Positions 13,187 to 25,979 of a stretch of DNA of 64,000 nt are shown in pieces. Each line of letters starts with the position of its first letter. The stretch's first letter is position 1. The stretch comes from Octopus vulgaris (taxonomy: Eukaryota): NCBI GenBank assembly GCA_951406725.2, contig OX597818.1, forward strand, positions 1,984,001 through 2,048,000, read 5' to 3'. The position numbers and the translations under genes are program-made. Under the pieces are notes generated by a model. The model was not told the DNA's origin and made no database searches. It was given only the letters and a program-made list of their open reading frames with translations.

Positions 13187-13313
13187 ATCTTACAGCTGTT
13201 TCGGCCATGTAGATAAGCATGTCTCATTCAACTCATATTAGCCATTTATGGTAGGTCAATATGTAGTTATAAATGAGACATTTACAAAAACATCCTAAGG
13301 CCTCTTCTGAGAT
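13187..13313 (-). ncRNA. hammerhead-like motif with U4A change and ~100-nt stem II
   Basis: Minus strand ATCT-CAGAAGA-GGCC..GGCC-GAAA-CAGCTG-TA-AGAT. Confidence 0.55.
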
Positions 13314-13634
13314 TACAAATTAGATTACATATATATTTATAAAGGTGTGGGTATATACCCATAATAAAACATGAGTGCATATACTCATACTCATATACAT
13401 ATAAATATACATAATGATATAAATGATAAAAATTAATAAACATACATATGCTCCACATTCAATGTTACAGTTTCTTAACTTAATGTTGTGATAATTACAA
13501 TGTAGAAAAACATACACATATTAATATCCAAATGCAGATATAGAGAGTCAAGGTTACTTTCTATTAGTTCTTATTAATTTCCAAAATGTCAATAATGCTA
13601 GCATCACTATCATTGTCGTTACCACTAATGCTCG

Positions 13635-13770
13635 TACGGCAAAAGAGACTAATAGAATAAGTACTGGGCTTACAAAGAATAAGTCCCGGGGTCGATTTGC
13701 TCGACTAAAAGGCGGTGCTCCAGCATGGCCGCAGTCAAAATGACTGAAACAAGTAAAAAGAGAAAGAGAA
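13635..13770 (+). mobile_element. SINE 3' portion with CR1-like tail
   Basis: GGCGGTGCTCCAGCATGGCCGCAGTCAAAATGACTGAAACAAG; homologous to 37784-37985. Confidence 0.75.
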
Positions 13771-14022
13771 TACACGCACACATACACCCACAGGTGTGTG
13801 TATATATATGTGTGTATGTATGGCAGTAACAACATTGGCAGCATTAGTAACAACATAAAGAAGTGCTTTGCTGGTAACATATGCAGGGGCAGTAACATTA
13901 CCGATGCAACCACCACTAACACCAGCAGCCCTTGCTTTGACATAGCAACAGCAGCAGCAGTTACAACTACATCAATAGCAGCTACAGTGGCATGAACAAC
14001 AATAATAGGTACAACACCGACA

Positions 14023-14600
14023 TTGCAAGTCTACAGAAATATATTTGTTGGACCAGAAATTCATTTTCCCAACCATGGATCCTTCAAAGTCCTGGAAAGG
14101 AGATACATAACATCGCTGGCCAGCCACATATGGCAACTAGAAGACGACAGAGTTCCACACTCCATCTTATGGAAAATCCTCAAAAACTCAGACCTCTACA
14201 TAAATGGGATGAAACGCTGCAAGCTATGCATAGCTGAATGCATGAGAATCCTAAGGGACTCATTCGAACCAGGGGCTATACTTAACTCCAGAATGGAGAT
14301 TCTTGGGCCATGCTTGCACTTTAGGAGATTTCTACTGGCCTTTTGGGAACTGCTAGAAGGTGATAGCTAACAGGAGAGGGAGATAATCCCCTATTATTTA
14401 CCCTCAGCTGAATGATGGCATTATGGTTGGAAGCTATTGGCGAAAGGAGATAATTCAGACTTTCCCTTCCATATTTTAAAGAGGTCATAGGTCATCGGGT
14501 TTTGGAGTCTGACGATATACCATAAAATTAAACCCTTTATGGATAGGAAACCCAGGATAACCCCATAAATCGGCCTTCACCAGGAAAAATATAGACCACT
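14023..14600 (+). mobile_element. PLE fragment: GIY-YIG C-terminus and downstream decayed hammerhead
   Basis: TSLASHIWQL..WKILK..RCKLCIAE..LNSRME..CLH; CTGACGA..GAAACCCAGGATA at 14509-14559. Confidence 0.7.
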
Positions 14601-14654
14601 CTACTTCTTAGAGTGTGCTTTGCTGGATTTATGTTTTTCTAAAAACGATATATA

Positions 14655-15062
14655 TACCTCCTCCAGGCATTTAATGTAAGCCTCTGTGTTCAGTCTGAGA
14701 CCATGTGGGAATATGAATGGAAGCATAACATTGCCATTGCTAATGATCACTCCAAACACCATGATGTTGGCTGGATGTTTGATTTTTATCACTCTCGGTA
14801 CATATTTTGGGGACATGGCAAGTCAGTGATTCTGTGCATTCACCATCTGTTTTTATTGGAGCGTCCGGCACGAATGCCAACCAGTAAGGCATCTCATTTC
14901 CAAATTTCTGGCAGAGTAAATTGTGTCATGGTACTGTTTTTCGCACAGATGGTGCTCAACTGACCCTACTATACTGTGTAATTAACAAAATCAAAGACAA
15001 ACAATGCACATGTGTAAAATTAAAACTATGAAATGGTGACAATTTACCCATCACACCCTGTA
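14655..15062 (-). mobile_element. Tc1/mariner-superfamily relic with one TIR
   Basis: KHPANIMVFGVI..PFIFPHGLRLNTEAYIKCLEEV; terminus TA-CAGGGTGTGATGGGTAAATTGTCACC on the minus strand. Confidence 0.7.
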
Positions 15063-15378
15063 TATATGCTGAAAAAATGATTAAATGCAAGTTTGTTTTC
15101 TCCATACATTTTAGTTGTGGTTATTTTCAAATTTTTAGCCTTTGCACTAAATGTTCCAAGTGCAGTTGGTTACTGAACACCACAGTATATCATCAAGACA
15201 ACACTTTATTGCATTATTTTATATATGTTCAGTAACACTACTAAGTATAGTAGTAACCACACCACTTTACTGGAAGCAGATTGGATGCTGATATTCTGCA
15301 TGGAGTTTGAAACTCAACAGTAGCAGTTGTGCATCTAACTGTACACACAATATATACATATGTGCATGTGTGTGTGTG

Positions 15379-15413
<35 letters not shown>

Positions 15414-16007
15414 AGAATTTACAAAAACACAACAGACGAACTCAGGTGGTGTAGACAACAGATGTATTAGTTTAATGCTCGGGAAGTGAAAAAGTCTTTA
15501 ATATTTAGTCTTTCCACAGAAAGAAACGGAGAGAAAATACAGTGTAGTGGCTAGCGATCTATCATGGTGAATGCCGGACAAAGGGGTCACACAGGAGAGC
15601 TAGGAAGAAGGTAAGATAATAAAGTAGTGGTGATCCCAAAATGAAGGTGCACGTGCGTGTGTATATGAGAGCATATATGGGTGTGTGGATGATGGTGTGG
15701 GTGCTGGGAAGTAGTCAGTGCTAGTGTGTGCATGGTGGTGTGGTGTGGAGGGACAGGTGAGAGTGGGGAAAGCAAGGGTGGGTTGTGGGTTAGGCTGATA
15801 TATATATATGTAGGCAAGTAAAAATCAAAAATAGGAAAAACAACAAAATTCAAAAGGATGTACACAGCGAATATATGAGATTGATGCTCAGAGAAAGTAA
15901 GATGAAAAAAAGATGGGGGTGTGACATTTCAAGCATGGTTCTTTGTCAGAAAGGAAAGCGTAAAATGACTGGAGAGAAGGAAAAGGATAGTCCGAGAAAA
16001 GCATACA

Positions 16008-16406
16008 TCTTTATATATAAAAGTGAGGTTGTGTGCTGTCTGTCTCCTATGATTTAGATTCCTAACTACTCCCACATTTTGCAGTGCAGTTTAACCGAAA
16101 CCGGGTATCTTATAGTCGTGATTCATATCGAGCCCTTCTGGGTATAAGCGCGCGTCTACGATGAGGCTACGATTTAAAAAAAAAATTAACTTCAATTATT
16201 CCCATTTTTAATGCATTTTTTGCATATATAAGGGAAGTAACTCTCTAAAAATTTATTATTAAATCTCAGAACGTAAAAAGCTACAGTAACACCCCCCCCC
16301 CTTTGTGGTTAGCCATATTGAGATGGCTATTATACTTTACATCTCTAAAAATGCTTATATAGTTATTTCCCTTACAAACCCGAGCAACGCCGGGCGATAC
16401 TGCTAG
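16008..16406 (+). mobile_element. non-autonomous Helitron
   Basis: A|TC..CTAG|T junctions and subterminal GC hairpin CCCGAGCAACGCCGGG. Confidence 0.8.
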
Positions 16407-17054
16407 TATATATATATATATATATATATATGCATGTATAATTATTTTCTTGTTAATTAATGATTCCTATTAATATAAATATTCCCCCATTACATGTCTT
16501 AAAAAAGAAACAAAAATCTCAATGTTTTGGGCGAATGATTCAACCATTATGAAACCAAAGATTTTTTACTGTTGTCTCTGAAGGCAGCTGTGCACCTCAC
16601 CAACCCACCCATCCCACTTTACATGACACATTCACTTGCATTCTTTTATTTATTCTGATCTCCCACCCAAAGAATATTCATCCTAATAATTTCCATGACT
16701 TTTGTTTCGGGTGAACTTCTATTTAGAAGGAAATTCCATTTATGCATGTATGCATACATTTACACCGAGAAAAATCATTTAACATTGTCTTTACATTTGG
16801 ATGTTTATCATTAAAAAATGTTTTGAAACCTAGAATTGCTTCTTCTTTTATTAATTTCAGTCAGTGTGCTATGACCATGCTCAGGCACTGTCTTTGGGTG
16901 TCTTTCATTGACCCTATCAATATTAGAGGTAATTTCAAACATAGGGCAGGGTCCCATTTTAACGATGCCTGTTCATTGAAAGTAACCTTTGATAGCCTAG
17001 TATACTAGAGCAGTAAACATGTAAATGAACACACACACATACACACAAACACAC

Positions 17055-17210
17055 CTTGCGGGCTTCTTCATAGAATCATTCTCCCAATTTGACTCACATG
17101 ACATTGATCAACCTAAGACTACAGTAAAAGACACTTACCCAATATACCACACAGCAGAATTGAACCCAAAAACCCATGGGTGTGAAGCAAATTTTTCAAC
17201 CACAAAGCTA
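17055..17210 (-). mobile_element. degenerate CORE-type SINE
   Basis: Weak collinearity with 44009-44172. Confidence 0.5.
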
Positions 17211-17494
17211 TCCTTTATATATATTTTTATCAAAATTCTTTTGTTTAAAAGAAAAAGATCAAAGCCTTTTAATTTTTTCTTCTTTATTATGAAAATGTCC
17301 TGTGTAAGTTATCTGGTGTTAATATTGACTGGGGTTGGAAGTTTCTGGTACAAGAAAATTAAAGGGGATGAGTTCAGTTATGAATATTATCTTTGTCACA
17401 TATTCTAATGGAACTTGTAAATTAGAACATGTTTCATGTACTAACAAAATTTGTAAATAATTTCAATATTCATTTCATCCAGTATTGTTTAAAG

Positions 17495-19080
17495 CAGTGA
17501 TTCCCAATGTGGTCCCTGGAACCTACCAGTGGTCCCCCAGAGAATTCGTAGCCGTAAAAAATTGAAGCCATTTCAGATCTACACAATATTGTTCGATAAT
17601 AAAGACACTGTTAGTTAATAATAATTTATATGAAGACAGAATAATAATAAGAAAACAAAATTCAATAATTATTCCATAAGAATCAATAATGTATAATATA
17701 TAATCAATGATATATTACAATCAAGAACTACATAATTTAAATTTTATAATCACAACAGTTTCATAATAAATTCGATATTTTTAATAGATCACTACATAAT
17801 ATTGTTTAATAATAAATTTGATACTTTAAATTTATAGAAATAAAATATTTATTATTTTTATTTTTTTTATGATCAGTTGTAATAATATCTGAACCAACTG
17901 CTAAAAAGGCAAAACTGAAGAAATGCAAAGAAGATTTTATCGTGTTTGGTTTTGTATCTGTAGACTCAAAACCTATGTATCTTGAATGTAATGCCATCAT
18001 GACAAATTATTTCATGAAGAAAGTTAAGCTGGAGCAGCACCAGAAATTAAGGCATCCATCATTTGTTGGTAAAGGTCGGGAATATTTTGAGAATAAAAAG
18101 AAAATACAGCTAATCAAACTACCTGACTTTGTAAAGAAGATAAATATTGAAAAAGTAAAGATACTCAAACCAAGTTATTTGGTTTCTGAAATTATTGCCA
18201 AGGTTGCAGCACCTCAGATTTAAGGTGAGAATCTTGTCAAGCCTGCTATGATAGCTTGTGCAAATGAGGTTCTGGGAAAAGATGCTGAACCTACTCTGAG
18301 TACAATTCCACTTTCAAATAACACAATTACAAGAAGACAGGATGAAATGTCTAATTTTGTTGAGGAGAAAGAAGATTGTGGAAATTCTCCAAACGACCAA
18401 TTTTTCTATCCAGGTTGATGATAGCACAATTCATAAACAAGTTATCCTTCAGATTCAACCATGAAGATGATATAAGGGAAGAAATGTTATTCATTAAAAG
18501 TTTTTTTTGAAACAACTAATGGAGAAGATATATTCAATGAAGTAATGCAGTATTTTAATGATAAAAATATTCCATCGACTAATTTGATCAACACTGCATC
18601 AGATGGAGCTGCAGCCATGACTGGAAAAGTGAAAGGCTATGTTTCTAGAATGAAATCAGTTGCTCCTCACATTTTTAATATACGTTGTATTATCTACAGA
18701 CAGCATGTGGTTGCTAAGAATATTGGAGGACACATGGAAAATGCATTCAACACTTCCATACATACAAATAACATTGTCAAATCAAACTCTGTGAATAATA
18801 GATTTTTTATGCAATTCTGTGAAGATGAAGATTTTAAAACCCTATTGCTTCACACACTAAGATGGGTCAAAAGGCATGAGCCTTGAAAGACTAGTGAATT
18901 TGTGGGAGCCATTAATCCACTTTTTCATGTTCAAGAGTCAGATGACTCATTACAACTCCAAGACAAACTGATACAGCTAAGAAAATTTTGGAAAGACTTT
19001 CTGAGTTTAAAATAAATATTATACTTGAGTGATATTTTTAAAACAGTGAATCTGCTTAACTGCAAGGTAGAAAATCAGAT
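17495..19080 (+). mobile_element. degenerate hAT (Buster/Charlie-like) DNA transposon
   Basis: CAGTGATTCCCAA terminus; fragments KPMYLECNAIM..KLEQHQKLRH, IPLSNNTITRR, SDGAAAMTGK..CIIYRQH. Confidence 0.8.
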
Positions 19081-19114
19081 TTGGTCACCTGTATACTGCT
19101 AGTATACATATATA

Positions 19115-19592
19115 CTAGCAGTAAAACCCATTGTTGATCAGGTAATTACTTTTACTGTTAATCGAGAGCCACATTTAAAGTATTATATGTATAATTTACT
19201 TCTCCTGTATGCGTGTATTTTTATAAGAGAAAACCATGTAATAATTGAAGTAGAAGAAAGATTAATATCATACATGAACTTGTGTTTGTTTATGATAGCT
19301 AAGGCGGTGATAGACAGCTAATGTGTGCATGAATGCGATGTGATCTCTGTCCAGTATGCCGAAGTGAAGAATGCATTAAGTAAATAAAAAGCAAGCAATT
19401 ATTAGAGAGCAATAGCCGCCTTAGCCGCGTGCATAAACGCGATGCATCCGTGTGTTACGTACGCTACCGGACACACACCCACAGGCGATATCGATCGATC
19501 GCGTCGCCGGCCGCCAACTCTTTGCTCGCTCCAAACGCTATTGCTCTCTACTACAAATCGCTTGTCTGCACACAACTTTATTACTAATATAA
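19115..19592 (-). mobile_element. probable non-autonomous Helitron
   Basis: Minus-strand 3' end CCTGATCAACAATGGG..TACTGCTAG|T resembles the end of 16008-16406; 5' boundary uncertain. Confidence 0.45.
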
Positions 19593-21856
19593 TCATCGTC
19601 GTTGTCGTCGTCGTCGTCGTCATCATCATCATCGATTAACGTCCGTTTTCCATGATGGCATGGGTTGGACAGTTTGACTGAAGTCTTGGAGAGCCAGCTG
19701 CTGCAACAGGCTCCAATCTAGTCTAGCATAATTTCTACATCTAAATGCCCTTCCTAACGCCAACTATTCTGAGAGTGTAGTGGGTGTTCTTTATGTCTCA
19801 TCAGCACAGGAGCCAGCTAGAGGGTCACTGGCCCCCAGCTACGGTATTGGTTTTACTTGACTCAAGCATACTGCAAGCTTACGCATGTCCTCGGCATTCA
19901 TGGCCCATGTTTCACTACCGTATAGCATGGCAGTTCACACACATGCATCATACAGTTCACCTTTCCCCCTGAGTGAGGGGCATTTAGCTGCCAGCAGAGG
20001 TAGGAGCTCCCTGAATTTGCCCAGGCTATTATTACTCTAGTTGCTACACTCGCAGAGCAATCACTCCCACTACATACTTGGTCGCCTAGGTAGTAGAAAG
20101 TATTTACTACTTCTAGTTTCTTCCCCAGGCATGTAATGGAAGCTGTTTTCTGAACACCTTCAGTGTTTATTGCCCCACTGCATCTGCCACACACAAGAAA
20201 TAATTTTCCCAGTTAACCTTCCTTTGATATTGCTGCACCTTTTATGTGTCCATAGCTTACACCAGGTGCATCGTATGGAGTTTCTACCAATGCCTTTTCT
20301 ACAGAGGAGTTTGTGATTTGACAGCCTACACACTAACTAAAACTTTGGTTTTGGCTAGGTTAACCCTAAGGCCATTCAATTCTAGACTTTGCTTCCACGC
20401 CCTAACCTTTGGCTCCAGTTCCGGCAGTGACTCTGCTATTAGTGCAAGGTCATCAGCATAGAGGAGCAGCCTGTCTTGAATTTCTCTGTTATTGCCTGGA
20501 GGACTATAATGAATAAGAGAGGGCTGAGGACTGATCTTAGGTTGACCCTTACCCCTACCCAATATTCTTCACTGTACTCGTTGCCAACCATCACCTTACT
20601 GTACATGGCTTGTACAGCTCTCAAACATTCATCCATCCCTAGTCTCCTCATTGACCACCAGATAGGGGATCGGAGGACCCTGTCAATGAAAGCCAGGTAC
20701 AGAGTTTTATCTTGGACTAGCTATTTCTCCTGCATCTGTCTTATCAGAAATATAGCATCAGTGGTGCTTTCCCCTGGCACGAACCGAAACTGCATCTCAT
20801 CTAGACTGCCTCTCTCCCTAATTACTTGGGCTATGACCCTCTCCGTGACCTTCATTACCTGATCCAACAACTTGATACCTCTGTAATTATTTGTATCTAA
20901 TGCGTCACCTTTACCTTTGTTAGCAGTTGACTATGGTGCTGCTACACCAGTCATTGGGTATGACTCCTTCATGTATCACCTGGTTGACTAGGCTATAGCC
21001 GACACCGCTAGATAGTTTGAGCATCTCTGTGGTGATTCCTGATTGTCCGGGGGCTTTCCCTATCTTCATACCCTTAATTGCTTTACCTACCAAGGCACTG
21101 TCAATTTAGATAGATAGCTGGTCCCTCTGTTGGGCCGGCATTCGGCAGACTCTCTTTCTCACATTCATTCACTTTATTTAGCAAACTTTCATAATGGCGT
21201 CTCCAAACCTGTCTCTTTGCAGCAAGTGAACCGTCACCCATGAGGACACATTTCTCTCCTAGGATATCGCGATTCTCTCTCACACACTGTCTGGCAACAG
21301 GAAAATACTTCAAGTCTTTGGTCATCACGGCACAGAACATTGGCAAATTTTTCCTTATCTGCTTCCCCTCTGGCCAAATAAACCTATCTCCTAGCTTCCC
21401 TTTCGGCAGTCTGATACAATTCCCTGCAATCACCGGTCTTCCAGTCCTTCAAAGCCTGTTTCTTTTCCTTACTAGCCCTGTCAACAACATTGTTCCACCA
21501 CCACGTTACCTTGGGTTGAGAGGAGACTTTGCACCATCCACAGATCTGGTCACTAGCCCTCAAAAGGTTGTCCTGTAGAAAACTCCAGTTGTCTTCCACA
21601 GCTTTGAGTAATATGTCTCTCAATCTCTTTTTGCAGAATCCTTAAGCTTCCAGACCCTTCTCCTCCATTCTGGTCATCTTCTGGGCATCCATTTAGCCCT
21701 GATCCTGAAGTAGCTAACTACTAATCTATATTGTGGGGTACATTCTTCACCTGGGAAGGTTTGGGCATTTACAAGTAGTCGTCTTTCCTGTTTCCTAGTG
21801 AGGATGTAGTCAATTTGACTAGTGTGTCTACCAGATTGGTGGGTGACTAAATGGCC
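19593..21856 (-). mobile_element. older degenerate RTE LINE copy (same family as 2896-7066)
   Basis: Frameshifted fragments TWWWNNVVD, LLYADDLALIAESLPEL, MCGRCSGAI; (GAT/GAC)n tail at 19593-19633. Confidence 0.88.
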
Positions 21857-23459
21857 CTGAATATGCTAATTGATTACCATTTAGTAATTATGATACTTCT
21901 ACAATTGAAGATAATTTTAATAAATAATGAATTTATGTATTATGGCATTTGATACTTGTCAATTGTCTACATTGTTCACATAAATGCCAGTACCAGGCAG
22001 AGGTGGTTTCTAGCAGTAAGAGAAGCTTAAGAATAAATAAATGGAAATTTGTCGGCAGAACAAAGTTAGTAACCCCTTACACTCTCAGTGTTGTGATGAG
22101 AGCCAAGGTACCCTCTTGTGAGGAATGGACTGAACCGAGAGAGTGTATATAGTTTGTGTTATTTCATAGTGAAGTTCGAGAGTGTGGGTTGGTTTGTTCA
22201 TTTGGAATATTTGTTGGTTCTTGAGAAATAGTTATGTTGTTATTGCTGCTGCATTATCTTATTTTATCACACTGGTACCACATATTTCAGGCCATTATCG
22301 CAATAGTGGTGGTACTACTATATTGGATACAAACCATGTTACAGCATCTGGCGACAAAAGGCTCGAAGATCACGTAGCATGTAATTCACCTGCAAACTAA
22401 GCATTAAATTCTTTCTTACCAGATTGTCAGTCTTCTGAAATTCCCTTGTCCATGTTATTTCCTCTGCAGCCATCCACACATTTTATTCAAGATCAACTAC
22501 GTCAATCTTACCAGTTTTGAAGGCACAGCTCTTGTCTCAGAAGGAATGCAAAAGGCAAGGATACAGCCCCCTTTATCCAGCCAAATTGTTCAAATAAAAC
22601 ATGGGAAAAAAAACCCTAACACCCACTACTATTCCTGTGAATTAGTAAGCTGTAAACTATATCAAAACTGAGCCCAAATCATCATCTTTAACATGTCTCA
22701 CAGCTAGAACCCTTTTACTAAATATTTTAGCCAATCATTTATCTCCAGAATGGCAGCTTCTACATGGAATCACATTCTCATCAGACATTAATTTACACAA
22801 GTTGAAAAAAGACATCATCTACATTCACATTAACAGTTTAGGAAAGCCTGTAGATGTTCTCTTGCTCGCACTTTATATTAATACAAATAAGAATTTCTTA
22901 GAAAGGTACATAGCCAAAAATTTTATAGGAGGAAATAATGTCAACTATATTGACCCACTCCTTATCTAGTGTTTTATTTCATTGACCACAGAAACAGAGA
23001 AATGTGAAGTGTGTTGACAATGCTAACTAAATTCTGATAGGTAAACTGTTTCATTAAATCTCTAGTGCCAGTTTAGCATACAGTAAACGTGGCCATTTAC
23101 AATTTAGTATGCTATCTGTTGCCAATTCTAGACCATAGCTCTAACCCTAACATAAACCATAACAAGGCATGCACACAATGTAAACAAAAACAGAAACAAA
23201 ACCAAATAAAGAGTAAATCAATTTTAATGCAGGATATTACAATTTGTGATGCAAATGCAAAGTACACAAGAATTATGCAACAGGTGTGTAATACATTTGA
23301 AAGTAGGGTACATAGATGCAAGCAGGATATTACAGTTTGTGATGCAAGATCCTATATGGATCTTTTAGAAAAGATCCCACTACCTGTTTTCAGCGTAACA
23401 AAAATCCTAATCCTAAACCCTAACCCCAAACACTAGGTGTACGTATTCTTTACTTTCAC

Positions 23460-23493
<34 letters not shown>

Positions 23494-24403
23494 TCCGTAA
23501 ACATAAATCCGAAAAAAGAAGCCCACTCTAAGTTATAGAATGGTATATATTAAAGTTAGATAAGGCCAATTTATGGGATTGCCTTGGGTTTCACGCCCGT
23601 TCCCTACAAATATATAACATACTCGAGATGTTTTCAGGTTTACATATATATGTTTATTAAGTTCAAAATATACCAGTTACAGGTGGGTCGATAAAACGAG
23701 TACAAGTTGAGCTGGAAATCTACAGCAACAGGCATTGGCCTATGCCAGAAGAATAATGAACCAATGTTAATATAATTACGGTGCTACTGCAGTGCACTCA
23801 ATTATCCTGTTTGTTTACAAAGCAAATGATTCGGATGTGCACGAGTAAAATTTTATCAAAGTAAATGATACGAGTCCACGTGTGTAAAATATTAAGAACA
23901 TGTGGATACATGCGAAGAAAATAAAACAATATTCAAATCAGTTTAGTTATTTCGTGTTGCATATACGTTCATAATTACCAATAACTGTCATGTTCCCAGA
24001 CAATTCTTAAGAACAAAATAAAAACTTTGATATATAGTGTCAGTTATGAGGGGACGATGTCATTTGCCCGCTTGTTTCAGCCTGGCTTTTTTTGTCTATG
24101 TCATGAAGGAGGGTTGCGTGGGTGAATGATATCGTATACCAATATCAAAGGATTTCTGTTATTACTCGAATTGTTATTATGATTTTAGGATTGCAGCTGA
24201 AAATTGAACGTGGGTTCCCAAACGGTGCGTTACCACATATTGAAGTTTCGTAAGATATAGAGGTGTGGCGAAAATATAAAAATTTTATTTTGTAAATGAA
24301 AATTACAAACTGAAATTCTAAATATACAATGCTTCATTTATTTAGTAAAGATCTCAATATCTAATAATTTGCTATAGTATAAAAGGCTTACTTGTTACCC
24401 ACA

Positions 24404-24681
24404 TTGTTTACAATTTTCAAACGAACGTTAAGTACGTCACAAAATAGCTGTTTACGTCACAGTAACATTATGCAGTTACTGATTTCAAATGAAAACAGAC
24501 AATACGATTGGTTAAAATTCGCAGATTTAAACTATGTTTAAACTTATAAAATACATTTTTGTCAAAAAAACTACTTGAAATTATTGTTTTCTTTTGACAC
24601 ATTCTACCAGTATACGAAGTTTCAAATTATTTAGTTAACTAGAAAAATCTTTAAAATCTGGCTTTCAAAAAGAAAAGATCC
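24404..24681 (-). repeat. right TIR of the 24-kb element
   Basis: Reverse complement of 461-730. Confidence 0.85.
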
Positions 24682-24856
24682 GAAACAGGTATTTCGCCTG
24701 CCGCAACGTTCTGAGTTCAAATTCCGCCGAGGTCGACTTTGCCTTTCATTCTTTCGGGGTCGATTAAATAAGTACCAGTTACGTACTGGGGTCGATATAA
24801 TCGATTTAATCCGTTTGTCTGTCCTTGTGTGTCCCCTTGTGGGCAATAAAGAAATA
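24682..24856 (+). mobile_element. second monomer of the interrupted SINE
   Basis: GAAACAGG|TATTTCG..GAGTTCAAATTCCGCCGAGGTCGAC continues the 241-460 copy as in the 34441 dimer. Confidence 0.85.
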
Positions 24857-24871
24857 ATATATATATATATA

Positions 24872-24876
24872 TATTA

Positions 24877-24919
<43 letters not shown>

Positions 24920-24959
24920 CATTATTATTATTATCATTATTATAATTATTATTATTATT
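24872..24959. repeat. (TTA)n microsatellite
   Basis: Direct reading. Confidence 0.95.
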
Positions 24960-25552
24960 GTCTTTTTTCTACCAGTAATTACAAATAGAACAGGTTGAAT
25001 TGCTTCTTTTCAAGGCAGCGCTCCCAGTATCCACTGGTAGTAGTAAACACATTTGACCTCTGCTGACCTAAAAAGTGCGAAGAGTCCTTTGTCTCTATGG
25101 CTGACCTCCCTACCATCTGCCGAATCTATTTATAGACCTGTAGAATATGATCTATTCACCAAACTGCAACCCAACCTTTCCCTAAAACAATGGTGGTGGT
25201 GATAATGATAAAAATTAGTTATAATAATATGCTGCAGCTGTTAATACTCAATACTACTAACACTACATTAACACTACAACTACTACTATTATGATAGCAC
25301 AGGATTCTGAAGCCCAACAACCACCCCTACCACTACCCCACCCACGCTACTGTTGCTGTTGCTGCAACCACTGCTGCTACTACACATAAAAACAACAATA
25401 TCAGAGTTATCAGTGATTATAATAATGATAATAATGAAAGGAAACGGGTGGAGCCTCCTCCTCATCATGGGTTGATTAATGATACATCTAATGATGGTGT
25501 CACAATAAAAACACTGGTAATTGCACAACTTGATAATCGCTACCTCATATGA

Positions 25553-25945
25553 GTGACAATGAAAAAACAAAATATCGTGAATAACGGTGGTAATGAAACT
25601 GAAGCCAATGATGGTGACAGTGTTACACCCGGTAGGCTCAGAGATTCTGGTCCGGCTCCAGCCTTTCGATATCCAGAAAGGGACCATCACACACGGCGTA
25701 GATGGAGCAAGCAAATTAATGCTGTGGTCATGAAGTGTTACTACCTGAGCAGCCCAGTAGATGAAAATGGTGCTCAAATTAGGGGTTACCGACAACGTAT
25801 ATATGATCATTGGAGAGAAAAGGGATTGTTTCAACTCACAGATAAGAGACTATGTAATCAAGCTAGAGCAATAAGGAAAAATTGTTGGTTCACAGAAGTA
25901 GAGCTTGAAGCTATCAAAAGACGGGTCATGGAAAATAGCAGCTGA
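25553..25945 (+). pseudogene. R4/Dong-like LINE N-terminal fragment
   Basis: RRRWSKQINAVVMKCYY..GYRQRIYDHW..KRLCNQARAIRKN.WFTEVELEAIK. Confidence 0.65.
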
Positions 25946-25979
25946 GATAACAGTGAAAATACAGTTCTTACTAAACTTC

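Larger units (their letters stand above)
461..24681. mobile_element. 24.2-kb DNA-transposon-like element (long TIRs, 8-bp TSD GAAACAGG), filled with nested insertions; Merlin-like by termini
   Basis: The left end GGATCTTTGCCTTTTGAAAGCCAGATTTT.. matches the reverse complement of the right end ..AAAATCTGGCTTTCAAAAAGAAAAGATCC. GAAACAGG occurs at 453-460 and 24682-24689. The SINE reads through once the element is removed. Confidence 0.8.

Noticed and set aside
23400-23440. CCTAA/CCCTAA telomere-like motifs
   Set aside because: Only a few degenerate units; not a telomeric array
24189-24249. Possible 61-nt exon (TTTTAG|..|GTAAG) near the right TIR
   Set aside because: Isolated; no partner exons or recognisable protein; such splice-like pairs arise by chance
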